A DNA stretch of 40,749 nucleotides from Chthoniobacteraceae bacterium (GCA_040081625.1 JBEBGD010000044.1:1-40749); one strand, 5' to 3'. Shown: positions 10,027 to 19,009, numbered from the stretch's first letter. Made by a program: numbers and translations. Notes: a model not told the origin generated them from the letters alone.

Positions 10027-13005
10027 CTACTTCACCCCGAGCGAGCGCAGGTTCTTCGCCGCGTTCGCGTCGCCGCCGGCGGCTGCGCGGCGGTAATACT
10101 CGATCGCCTTGGTGCGGCTGGCCTTCACTCCGAGGCCGCCGGCGTAGAGCACGCCGAGGTTGTTGAGCGCGCCCGGGAGTTCCTGCGTGGCGGCCTTTTC
10201 ATACCATCCGCGTGCGGCGGCGTAGTCGCGCGTGCAGCCGGTGCCGTTGTGGAGATACCAGCCGACCTGGAGTTGCGCTCCGGGCAGGCCCAGTTGCGCG
10301 GCGCGCTCAAACCACGCGAAGGCCTCGCGATCGTTCTTCGCGACGCCGCGGCCGGATTCGTAGCAGTAGCCGAGCTGCATCTGGCCGGTTGCGTTGCCGG
10401 CATCGGCGGCGGCGCGGATCAGTGAAAAGCCGCGTGTGAGATTCTTCGGAGCGCCCCGGCCGGCCATGAGCATCGTGCCGAGATTGGTCTGCGCCGCGGG
10501 AAGGTTCTGCGCGACCGCCTTCTCATACCACGCGACGGCCTGCGCCTCGTCCTTGTCCACGCCGAGTCCGGTTTCGCACGCGTAGGCGTAGTGAAATTGC
10601 CCGACCGCGACGCCGCCATTCGCGGCCTGCGCGAAAAGCTTCGCCGAGCGCGGCACGTCCTTCGCGCCGCCGATGCCTTCGCGCAGCATCTCGCCGAGTT
10701 CGCACATCGCGGCGAAAAGCCCGGCGGCCACCGAGCGCTCGATCCACTCGCGCGCTTTCGCCGCGTCTGGCGGCGTGCCGATTCCGTAGCGGTGGCAGCG
10801 TCCGACGTAGAGCTGGCCGATGCGATTGCCGTCCGCGGCGGAGCGCGCGTAGCAACGCATCGCCTCGACTGCGTCCTTTGCAGTGCCGCGAGCGAACTCG
10901 TGCGAGACGCCGAGGCGCCACCACGCTTCGCTGTCGCCGGCATCGGCGGACTGGCGGAAAAGTGCGAGCGCGCGCTTCTCGTCGCGCACGAGCGGATCGC
11001 CCTCGACGAGCAGTTCGCCGAGCTTCCAAAGCGCGTCGGACGAGCCGGCCGTGATGGCTTGCTCGAGCAGCGACTTCGCCTGCCGCGCGTCGCGTGGGAG
11101 ATTGCCGCTCGCGAGTTGCGCGGCGTGCTGGAGCAGGGCATCGAGCCAGCCGGTCTCGGCGGCGCGGCGGTAGAGGTCGATCGCGCGTGCGTCATCCTCC
11201 GCCACGCCGATTCCGCCGGCATACGCGTCCGCCAGCGCGACCATCGAGCGCGGATGGCCGAGTTTTGCGCCAGCCTCGAAGTCGCGCACCGCCGCCTGCA
11301 AATCGAGAGGAACGCCGCGACCTTGCGAGCGCGCCCAGCCGATCCAGAAATGCGCCTCGGCTTGTCCCTCCGCTGCGTCCGCCTGCATCTTCGCCATGGC
11401 GCGGCGGCTCAGGTCTTCCGCGCGCGTTTCGTCCTTGGCGACGCCGCGACCGTTGCGCAGGTAGTCGGCGAGATTGAGCATCGCGAGCGCGTAGCCGCCG
11501 CCCGCGGCGCGCTCGAGATGTCCGATGGCGCGCGTGAGTTCGGGGCCGGAGTAGCGCTGCCCGGCGAGGATGACCGCGGCGAGATTCGCGGCGACCGGAT
11601 CGCCTTTGGCGGCGGCTTCCTCGGCGAGCTTGAGCGCGCGCGTTTCGTCTTCGCGAACGCCCCATCCGTAGTTGAGCAGTCGCGCCAGCCGCGCCGTGGC
11701 GGGGACGTGGCCGAGTTCTACCGCGCGCTGGTAGGATGCGGCAGCCTTCGCGGCGTCGAGCGGGCGACCGGTGGCGTTTTCAAAAGCGAGTCCCTCGCGA
11801 TAGATGCTGTCGGCGGTGACGGCGGCGCGTGGCGCGAGTGCCGGACGGGACGGCTTGACCGGACCCGGCGCGGCGCCCGGTTCTGCGAGCCGCCAGCCGA
11901 GCCAGCCGCACAGTGCCACGAGCGCGGCGGCGCCGAGCACGAGCGGCCAAGCCGAACGCCGGCGCGCAGGCGGAGGCGGGGGCGTGATTGCGTGTGAGCG
12001 CTCGACTTCCGGCACGCGCAGCGGCGGCGCGAGGGTGCCGATCGCCGGCAACGTCAGGCGTGCGTCTTCCCGCGACGCGGCTGATGGAGCGGAGTCGAGG
12101 AGCATCCCGCGCAGTTCGCGAACACTCTGCGGACGCGCGGCGGGTTCCTTCGCGAGGCACGCGGCGATGGCGCGTTCCCATTCGGGCGGGATCGGCTGCT
12201 TCCCCTCCACGCTGAACTCGATGCGGCGCTCGCTCATCGGCGGGGCGATGACGTCGTAGGCCTGGAGCGCGATGTTGCCGCGATAGAATGGCGGCTTGCC
12301 GGTGAGTAGTTCGTAGAGCGTGGCGCCGAGCGCGTAGATGTCGTCGGTGACTGCGGGCGCATCGCCGCGCGCCTGCTGCGGGCTCATGTAGGCGAGCGTG
12401 CCGGAGCTGGCGGGCGCGTTCGTCATGCGGGTGAGCGAATCGGCGAGCGAGCTGGCGATGCCGAAGTCGGCGACTTTCATTTCGCCTGTGCTGGCGACCA
12501 TGAGATTGCCGGGCTTGATGTCGCGATGCACGAGCATGGCGACTTCGTGGACGTAGGTGAGCACGTCGCCGAGCTGAGCGACCAGCGGGCGCAGATCGTC
12601 CACGTCGAGGCAGCGGCCGGGCGCGTCGATCTTGCGCTGGCGCAGCGTGGTGCCGTCGATGAATTCCATCGCGATCGCCGCGAGGTCGCCTTCGCGGATG
12701 AAGTTGTGGACGCGCACGATGCCGGGGTGGGTGAGGCGAAGGCCGCGGCGGATTTCGCGCTTGAGATCCTCGACGGCTTCCGCGTCGCGCGCGACGAGGT
12801 CGGGGAGGAACTTCAGCGCCACATCGATGCCGAGTTCCTCATCGCGCGCCTGCCAGACCACGCCGAAGCCGCCGCGGCCAAGCTCGCGAGCGAGCCGGTA
12901 GCGGCCGAAAATCGTCCCGCCTTCAGCGACCTGCCCGGGCAGCACCATCGGAGTGGGGCGCCCGCTCGGGGCGGGGGAGGCGGCATGTGCAGATGATTCC
13001 GGCAT
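10027..13005 (-). CDS. Hanks-type Ser/Thr protein kinase with TM helix and >10 Sel1-like repeats
   Basis: LGRGGFGVV, VALK, HRDIKPGN, DFG, GTLAYMSPQ; TM WPLVLGAAALVALCGWLGW; repeated LG..Y..G.GV..D...A..W...AA..G. Confidence 0.92.
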   Translation of the reverse strand: MPESSAHAASPAPSGRPTPMVLPGQVAEGGTIFGRYRLARELGRGGFGVVWQARDEELGIDVALKFLPDLVARDAEAVEDLKREIRRGLRLTHPGIVRVHNFIREGDLAAIAMEFIDGTTLRQRKIDAPGRCLDVDDLRPLVAQLGDVLTYVHEVAMLVHRDIKPGNLMVASTGEMKVADFGIASSLADSLTRMTNAPASSGTLAYMSPQQARGDAPAVTDDIYALGATLYELLTGKPPFYRGNIALQAYDVIAPPMSERRIEFSVEGKQPIPPEWERAIAACLAKEPAARPQSVRELRGMLLDSAPSAASREDARLTLPAIGTLAPPLRVPEVERSHAITPPPPPARRRSAWPLVLGAAALVALCGWLGWRLAEPGAAPGPVKPSRPALAPRAAVTADSIYREGLAFENATGRPLDAAKAAASYQRAVELGHVPATARLARLLNYGWGVREDETRALKLAEEAAAKGDPVAANLAAVILAGQRYSGPELTRAIGHLERAAGGGYALAMLNLADYLRNGRGVAKDETRAEDLSRRAMAKMQADAAEGQAEAHFWIGWARSQGRGVPLDLQAAVRDFEAGAKLGHPRSMVALADAYAGGIGVAEDDARAIDLYRRAAETGWLDALLQHAAQLASGNLPRDARQAKSLLEQAITAGSSDALWKLGELLVEGDPLVRDEKRALALFRQSADAGDSEAWWRLGVSHEFARGTAKDAVEAMRCYARSAADGNRIGQLYVGRCHRYGIGTPPDAAKAREWIERSVAAGLFAAMCELGEMLREGIGGAKDVPRSAKLFAQAANGGVAVGQFHYAYACETGLGVDKDEAQAVAWYEKAVAQNLPAAQTNLGTMLMAGRGAPKNLTRGFSLIRAAADAGNATGQMQLGYCYESGRGVAKNDREAFAWFERAAQLGLPGAQLQVGWYLHNGTGCTRDYAAARGWYEKAATQELPGALNNLGVLYAGGLGVKASRTKAIEYYRRAAAGGDANAAKNLRSLGVK

Positions 13006-13086
13006 AAGACCCGAGTCCGACTATGCACGCCGCACCCGGCGACGACAAACGCTTGCTTCGCCGCCGCGAATCTTGTGAATCGTGCC

Positions 13087-14151
13087 ATGCCCTCGATCTC
13101 CCGCCGCACTTTCCTCCACACCACGATGCTCGCCACCGGCACCGCCATCGCCGCCGAACCGAAGCCGAAGCTCAAGCTCGGGATCGACAACTTCGCCGTG
13201 CGCGCGATGGGCTGGAAGGCACCGCGGCTGGTCGAATACGCGGCGGAGCTGAAGTGCGACACCGTGCTCATCTCCGACCTGCTCGCGTTCGAGTCGCTCG
13301 ACGACGCGTATCTGCGCGATGTGCGCGCGAAGGCCGATGCGCTCAAGGTCGAGGTGCTGCTCGGCTCGTGGAGCATCTGCCCGACTTCGGTTCGCTTCAA
13401 AAAGGACTGGGGCACGGCCGAGGAACATCTGCGGCTCGGGCTGCGCTGCGCGAAGACGCTCGGCTCGCCGGTCTTTCGCGTGGTGCTCGGTGGCGGCGAG
13501 GATCGCAAGACGCCCGGCGGCATCCGGGCGCGCATCGCGGACACGGTCGAGGTCTTGAAAAAATGCCGCAGCCAGGCGCTCGAGCTGGGCGTGAAGGTGG
13601 CGGTCGAGAATCACGCGGGCGACCTGCACTCGTGGGAGCTGCGGGACTTGATTGAGGCGGCGGGCGCGGATTTCGTCGGCGCGAATTTCGACAGCGGCAA
13701 CGCGGCGTGGACGCTCGAGGATCCGCTCGATGCGTTCGAGACGCTCGGCAAATTCACCCTCTGCTCGAGCCTGCGCGACGACATGATCTGGGAGAGCGAG
13801 GATGGCGCCACGATCCAGTGGACCGCCGCAGGCGAGGGGCTGATCGACTGGCGCAAGCTGGCCGCGCGCTGGGCGGCGCTGTGCCCGAACGTGGCGATCA
13901 ACATCGAGACGATCAGCGGCTTCGCGCGAAACTTTCCATACAAGAAGCCGGAGTTCTGGGAGCACTACGACAAGCAGCCGGACCGGCTCGCGAAGTTCGA
14001 GGCGCTGGCGAGACGCGGACGCAAGATCGAGCCGTTCAAGGCGCCCGAGGGCGTGGAGAAAAAGCAGGCCGAGCAGGCCTACCAGCGCGCGCAGCTCGAG
14101 AGCTCGATCCGCTACCTGCGCGGCGAGATCGGGCTCGGATTAAAGGCGTGA
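13087..14151 (+). CDS. Tat-exported sugar phosphate isomerase/epimerase (xylose isomerase-like TIM barrel)
   Basis: SRRTFL Tat motif; AVENHAGD, NFDSGN, GEGLIDW, INIETI. Confidence 0.8.
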   Translation: MPSISRRTFLHTTMLATGTAIAAEPKPKLKLGIDNFAVRAMGWKAPRLVEYAAELKCDTVLISDLLAFESLDDAYLRDVRAKADALKVEVLLGSWSICPTSVRFKKDWGTAEEHLRLGLRCAKTLGSPVFRVVLGGGEDRKTPGGIRARIADTVEVLKKCRSQALELGVKVAVENHAGDLHSWELRDLIEAAGADFVGANFDSGNAAWTLEDPLDAFETLGKFTLCSSLRDDMIWESEDGATIQWTAAGEGLIDWRKLAARWAALCPNVAINIETISGFARNFPYKKPEFWEHYDKQPDRLAKFEALARRGRKIEPFKAPEGVEKKQAEQAYQRAQLESSIRYLRGEIGLGLKA

Positions 14152-14200
14152 TTTTTTGCTTGGCTTTCCGTTCCCCGGCTGCGCACTCTCCCGCCGCCCT

Positions 14201-14908
14201 ATGAAAACCAAGCTGCTTCTCCCACTCCTCGCCGTCATTGCAGTGCCAGCTCTCGCGGGCCCGCCCGCGATGATGGCGCCCTCGAAAACCACGATCGCCC
14301 CGCCGAAGCCGGTCTATGGCGTCGGCTGGTATGGCGCCATCCAGGCGGGCATCAATGCGCATCAGAACATCGTCGATGATGGCGACATCACGCTCGGCGG
14401 CTTCCGCTTCAGCCTCGAGGACAACAGCGAAGTCGGCGGCTTCGTCGGCGGAAAGCTTGGCTACGTTTTCGGGACCGGCAGCATTCGCCCGGCGGTTGAG
14501 TTTGACGGCTATTACAATCACTTCGAGGCCGACATCGACTTCCGTGCATCCGGGGCGGGGGACGGCAATGTGAGCGGCGATGTCGATAGCGGCGCGTTCC
14601 TCGTGAACTTCCTGATCCGTTTCGATCTCGGCCGCTGTCAGCCCTACCTCGGCGGCGGCGTCGGCATGCACTACTCGCAGCTCGGCGACGGCTCGCTCCG
14701 CGGCGGCGGTTCGACGGTGGACATCGCCAATGACGACGTGACCGACTTCGCGTGGCAGCTCATCGGCGGCGTCGATTACTACTTCACCGAGAGGACCAGC
14801 CTGTTCCTCGAATACAAGTATCTGAACTACGAGGGCACCGGCAATCAGGTCATCGAAGACCGGATCGACCAGCACCTCGTCGGTCTCGGCGTGCGCGTGC
14901 ATTTCTAA
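14201..14908 (+). CDS. Outer-membrane beta-barrel protein (8-stranded OmpA/porin-like)
   Basis: Signal peptide MKTKLLLPLLAVIAVPALA; PYLGGGVG, FAWQLIGGVDY, LFLEYKY; terminal Phe (GVRVHF). Confidence 0.85.
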   Translation: MKTKLLLPLLAVIAVPALAGPPAMMAPSKTTIAPPKPVYGVGWYGAIQAGINAHQNIVDDGDITLGGFRFSLEDNSEVGGFVGGKLGYVFGTGSIRPAVEFDGYYNHFEADIDFRASGAGDGNVSGDVDSGAFLVNFLIRFDLGRCQPYLGGGVGMHYSQLGDGSLRGGGSTVDIANDDVTDFAWQLIGGVDYYFTERTSLFLEYKYLNYEGTGNQVIEDRIDQHLVGLGVRVHF

Positions 14909-14969
14909 GCCCGCGCTGCCGGCGGAGTGCCGGCATCCACGGTAATTGTGTGGCAGGAAAACTCCGCGC

Positions 14970-14998
14970 TTGCGCCAGCGCGCGGCGGGCGTTATCGC
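14970..14998 (+). promoter_or_regulatory. Putative sigma70-type promoter for the riboswitch leader
   Basis: TTGCGC-N17-TATCGC about 30 nt upstream of the riboswitch. Confidence 0.35.
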
Positions 14999-15030
14999 CG
15001 CGCCAGTTCTTTACGAGTCAGCTTTTAGTC

Positions 15031-15214
15031 AGCGAACCGATGGAAGGAACTCCGTGTGAATCGGAGGCAGTAGCGCTGCTGTGACTGGATACGACTTCCC
15101 AGGAACCAATCGGCCGAAAGGTCGGTGAAGGTGGGAGGAAGGTGTGCGCGGGAACCTTGATGAACTCAAGGTCCGCGCCGGATGCCAGAAGCCAGAATAT
15201 TTCCACGGGTCGCT
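15031..15214 (+). ncRNA. Cobalamin (B12) riboswitch
   Basis: Closing stem agcgaaccgatggaa/ttccacgggtcgct; ggaaggaa; T-loop hairpin ctccg-tgtgaat-cggag; gcagtagcgctgc-tgtga; ggcc-gaaa-ggtc; tgaagg; B12-box-like gaagccagaata. Confidence 0.85.
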
Positions 15215-15352
15215 CTCATTCGCGCCGGCGTTTGATTTCGCAGCACACGCTGCGAGACGGCGGCGCGCCAAAACTTCTTCGCCAAAAAAGAAGAATGGGA
15301 GTTCAGCCACTCGCGTCCCGGCGGCGTCCCTCGCGTCCGCCCGGCGTGTCCT

Positions 15353-15378
15353 GGTTTCTCTCGTTCGCCAAAGAGACC
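15353..15378 (+). promoter_or_regulatory. Hairpin occluding the translation start region (candidate expression platform)
   Basis: ggtttctct...agagacc immediately before ATG 15380. Confidence 0.45.
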
Positions 15379-15379
15379 C

Positions 15380-16699
15380 ATGACACCCATCCTTCACCGC
15401 CTCGGCGGCCTCGCGGCCGCCATCACGCTCGCCGTGTCGCCCGTCCGCGCGGCGTGGACATCGCTCAGCCTGCCGGACCTCGCCGTCGATTTCGGCTCCT
15501 ACCAGGGCGCGCATTTATCCGACGGGCGCCTGATCTTCGGCTCGAAAAACGACCTCGATCGCCAGTCGCTGTTCCAGACTTCCGGCTCCGTGCAGCTCGA
15601 CGACTACGCCAACGCCCTCACGTGGGATCCGTCCTCTGTCCGGCTCTTCGGCGACACGCTGGGCGTGATCGGCGCGGGCGGATTCCTCGGACCGTCGCAG
15701 CTCTTCACGTTCGATCCGTCGAACCTCTCGACGCCGTTCGCTCCGATCCCGGGCGTGACGTTGCAAAATTATTCCGTGCACTTCCGCGACGCGGCGAGCC
15801 TTTACGTCGGCGGGCAGAATGGCACCGGCGGCAGGCACTCGGTCTCCTACGTCACCCTCGCCGGCACACAGCGCGTGCTCATCGACGACATCTCGACCTT
15901 CAGCGGCGACATGGCGCTCGACGCCGCGGGCAATCTCTACGTCTCCGACAACGACGACCTCGCGCTCTACAAGTTCAGCGCCGCGCAGCTCAGCACCGCG
16001 ATCGCGTTTCAGACGACGCTCACGCTCGCCGAGGGCCTGTATCTCACGACGCTCAGTCGCAACAGCAGCCTCGCGATCGATTCGCTCGGGCGCGTCTGGT
16101 CCGCCGGATTCCAGGGCAGCGGCATCGAGATGTTCGACCCCGGCAACGGCATCGTCACCGCCTTCACGCCCGCGCTGCCGAACACCAACTACGTGGTGAG
16201 CGCCTTCAGCGTCGCCGGAGCGGGCTATGTCGGCTTCATCAACGCCGGCGGATTCGCGCAGGGCTCGTCGCTCACCTACGGCTTCGACTTGGTGGAAAAC
16301 CTCGTCCCCGAGCCGGGCAGCGCCGCATCGTTACTGCTTGGAATGCTGGTTTTTGCCCGGCGTCGGCGCGGGTTGCGCCCGCGTCTTGCTATGGCGGGTA
16401 GGCAGCCCAGTGAAAACATCGTCCTTCGTCTCCCGATTCCGCGCCTGCGCATTCACCCTGCTTGCCCTCGCGGCAGCCCTCCCGCTGCACGGGCAATTGC
16501 CGTCGCTCAACATCACCGAACCGGGCTACACGGGCACGCGCCTCTTCAACTCGACGGACGGCTACAACATCACCGGCATGGCTTCCGACAGCCTCGGCAA
16601 CGTCTATTACATCGAGTCGGACCCGGGCTTCTTCGGCGACACCAGGCTCTACAAGCGCTCCCCGCTCGACAACTACGCCATGGCCACGCCCCTCTATAA
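15380..16699 (+). CDS. PEP-CTERM surface protein 1 (beta-propeller-like); frame runs 109 codons past the sorting signal
   Basis: Signal peptide ending VRA; DMALDAAGNLYVSD and SLAIDSLGRVWS blade-like motifs; VPEPGSAASLLLGMLVFARRRR at 16304-16369. Confidence 0.8.
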   Translation: MTPILHRLGGLAAAITLAVSPVRAAWTSLSLPDLAVDFGSYQGAHLSDGRLIFGSKNDLDRQSLFQTSGSVQLDDYANALTWDPSSVRLFGDTLGVIGAGGFLGPSQLFTFDPSNLSTPFAPIPGVTLQNYSVHFRDAASLYVGGQNGTGGRHSVSYVTLAGTQRVLIDDISTFSGDMALDAAGNLYVSDNDDLALYKFSAAQLSTAIAFQTTLTLAEGLYLTTLSRNSSLAIDSLGRVWSAGFQGSGIEMFDPGNGIVTAFTPALPNTNYVVSAFSVAGAGYVGFINAGGFAQGSSLTYGFDLVENLVPEPGSAASLLLGMLVFARRRRGLRPRLAMAGRQPSENIVLRLPIPRLRIHPACPRGSPPAARAIAVAQHHRTGLHGHAPLQLDGRLQHHRHGFRQPRQRLLHRVGPGLLRRHQALQALPARQLRHGHAPL

Positions 16700-17492
16700 C
16701 CTCGGCAGCGGCATCAACGGCGCCTTCATCGTCGTCTCCGGCGGGAAGCTTTACTTCGGCGAAAACACCGCCGGCAGCATCTACTCGATCAACACAGACG
16801 GCAGCGGAGTGGACGTGCTCGGCTCACTCGCCGGCAATTACGACGCCGCCTTTTTCGGCGGGCGCCTCTACGTTTCCCACGATGTCGGCACCTACAACAG
16901 CCGCATCTCCCGCTTCGACCTCGTCGCGGACGGCTCCGGCGGATTGATGCTCGGCAGTGACGACACGATCGTGAATGCCGACGGCGACTACAATGGCGTG
17001 TTCGAATACTCCGGCGGCGAACTTTACTACGGCGCGAGCGGCTACAATCCCGTCAAGGGCCTCTACCGCTTCACCTCGTCGGAAGTCACCGGCGCGATTG
17101 GCGCCGGGGAACTCGTGCTCGATGTCGATCACAAGTTCGGCGCGACCACCACGAACCACGTCGGCGCGCTCGCCTTCGGAAATGGCACCGACTTGTGGAA
17201 AGACGACCCGTTCTCGACGAACCTGCTGCTCTTCGACCGCAGCAACGGCGGCGTGAGCACCATCGGCACCGCCGGTTCCGGCAGCACCCTCGGTCAGCTC
17301 GACTTCGCCGCAAATTCTCTCTTCGTGAACGTCACCGACTTCAACACCTCACGCTCCTCCATCTTCAAGGTCTCCGTGCCGGAGCCCTCCACCGCCGCGA
17401 TCCTCTTCGCCGGCCTCGCCCTATTCCTACGCCGGAGACGCCCATTCCCGTGCGCTGCGCCATCCTCTGCCTCGGCCTTCTCGCCGAACTAG
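16410..17492 (+). CDS. PEP-CTERM surface protein 2 (beta-propeller-like)
   Basis: GTG start; signal peptide ...FTLLALAAALPLHG; GMASDSLGNVYY; VPEPSTAAILFAGLALFLRRRR from 17376. Confidence 0.82.
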   Translation: MKTSSFVSRFRACAFTLLALAAALPLHGQLPSLNITEPGYTGTRLFNSTDGYNITGMASDSLGNVYYIESDPGFFGDTRLYKRSPLDNYAMATPLYNLGSGINGAFIVVSGGKLYFGENTAGSIYSINTDGSGVDVLGSLAGNYDAAFFGGRLYVSHDVGTYNSRISRFDLVADGSGGLMLGSDDTIVNADGDYNGVFEYSGGELYYGASGYNPVKGLYRFTSSEVTGAIGAGELVLDVDHKFGATTTNHVGALAFGNGTDLWKDDPFSTNLLLFDRSNGGVSTIGTAGSGSTLGQLDFAANSLFVNVTDFNTSRSSIFKVSVPEPSTAAILFAGLALFLRRRRPFPCAAPSSASAFSPN

Positions 17493-19009
17493 CCAGCGCC
17501 GGCCCCTTCCCAGGAGCGCCCGGCACGGCGGGCTCGACGGCCATCGCGCACAACGATCCGCGCATCGTCGCGTGGGGCTCGGCGGTCGGCGCCGTGAGTC
17601 GCGGACGGATCGACATCGAGAATCCGGACAGCCCCTTCGCGAGTTACGGCGAGCCGACGGATGCGCTCGGCCCGGCGAATTCCTTCGACCCGGAGATCGG
17701 CGTCGTGAGCCTCGGCGACCGCGGTTCGATCACCATCACCTTCGCGCAGCCGATCGCGAACGGCCCCGGCTTCGACTTCGCCGTGTTCGAAAATGGCTTC
17801 GACGACCGCTTCCTCGAGCTGGCTTTCGTGGAAGTCGCGGGGCTCGACGGCATCTTCGTGCGCTTCCCGAGCATCTCGCTCACGCAGACGGCTCAGCAGG
17901 TCGATATGTTCGACCCCGGATACACCGGCATCGATCCCACGGATCTAGACGGCCTCGCCGGCAAATACCGCGCTATGTGGGGCACTCCGTTCGACCTCGC
18001 TGTTGTCGGCCTCAGTATCGTCACTGCCGTTCGTGTCGTCGATGTCGTCGGCTCCATCGATCCGCTCTACGCCAGCTACGACACCTCGGTGCCCGCCCGC
18101 ATCATCAACGATCCGTTCCCCACGCCGTTCTCGTCCGGCGGGTTTGATCTCGATGCGATCGCCGTCCTTCACCAGGTCCCCGAACCCGGTGCCGCGGCGC
18201 TTTTCGCGATGGGAGCATTGCTGCTTTTCCGACGACCGGGGCGGATGTCGCGGAGCGCCTTCACCCTCGTCGAGCTGCTCGTCGTCGTCGCCATCATCGC
18301 CGTGCTCGCCGGTCTTTCACTCGTCGTCGCCGGTTCCGCGCGTGCCCGCGCCGACTCGGCGAAGTGCGTCTCCAACCTCCGCCAGCTCGCCGCGGCCGCG
18401 CTCGCCTACGCGGGGGAAAACGGCGGCCAATACGTCCCCTCGCAGGAGCCCGGCAACCGCATCCGCTGGCACGGCGCGCGCGGCGGATCGACCGGCGCCT
18501 TCGACGGCACCAAGGGCCCGCTCTCGCCCTACCTCGGCTTGAGCCGCCGCGTTAAACTCTGCCCCGCGCTCCAGCGCGTGCTCACCGGCAGCGCGTCCTT
18601 CGAGGAAGGCACCGGCGGCTACGGCTACAACGCCGCCTACATCGGCGGCACCCCCGCCGATCCCTTCAAGCCCGAGCGCCTCGGCAACGTCCCCGCGCCC
18701 TCACGCGTCGTCATGTTCGCCGACTGCGCCTTTCCGCGGAAAGGCGGCGTGCAGGAATACGCCTACGCCGAGCCGTGGCGCTGGCCCGACTACTCCGGCA
18801 AGCTCCGCGGCGCGCTCGCGCCGAGCGTCCACTTCCGCCACGACGGCACCGCCAATGTCGTCTGGTGCGACGGCCACATCAGCGCCGAAAAGCCCAGCAA
18901 GCTCGGCGGAAAAAACGGCTACGGCGGCGACGCGCAAAAATGGACGATCGGCTGGTTCGGCCCGGAGGATCAAAACGGCTGGTGGAATCCGCAGCGCGTC
19001 GCGCCTTAG
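17450..19009 (+). CDS. PEP-CTERM cell-surface protein fused in frame to a prepilin-type N-methylation / H-X9-DG protein
   Basis: GTG start with signal peptide RCAILCLGLLAELASA; SLGDRGSITITF...GFDFAVFENGF...GFDLDAI; VPEP at 18176; RSA|FTLVELLVVVAIIAVLA at 18251; CVSNLRQL; HFRHDGTANVVWCDGH. Confidence 0.82.
   Translation: MRCAILCLGLLAELASAGPFPGAPGTAGSTAIAHNDPRIVAWGSAVGAVSRGRIDIENPDSPFASYGEPTDALGPANSFDPEIGVVSLGDRGSITITFAQPIANGPGFDFAVFENGFDDRFLELAFVEVAGLDGIFVRFPSISLTQTAQQVDMFDPGYTGIDPTDLDGLAGKYRAMWGTPFDLAVVGLSIVTAVRVVDVVGSIDPLYASYDTSVPARIINDPFPTPFSSGGFDLDAIAVLHQVPEPGAAALFAMGALLLFRRPGRMSRSAFTLVELLVVVAIIAVLAGLSLVVAGSARARADSAKCVSNLRQLAAAALAYAGENGGQYVPSQEPGNRIRWHGARGGSTGAFDGTKGPLSPYLGLSRRVKLCPALQRVLTGSASFEEGTGGYGYNAAYIGGTPADPFKPERLGNVPAPSRVVMFADCAFPRKGGVQEYAYAEPWRWPDYSGKLRGALAPSVHFRHDGTANVVWCDGHISAEKPSKLGGKNGYGGDAQKWTIGWFGPEDQNGWWNPQRVAP

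Noticed and set aside
14201..14908. Outer-membrane protein as the B12 receptor BtuB
   Set aside because: Only 235 aa, no plug domain or TonB box, and upstream of (not controlled by) the riboswitch.
16349..16355. T5 run as a programmed frameshift that terminates PEP-CTERM gene 1
   Set aside because: Shifting here would remove the RRRR anchor, and it is not a canonical slippery heptamer.
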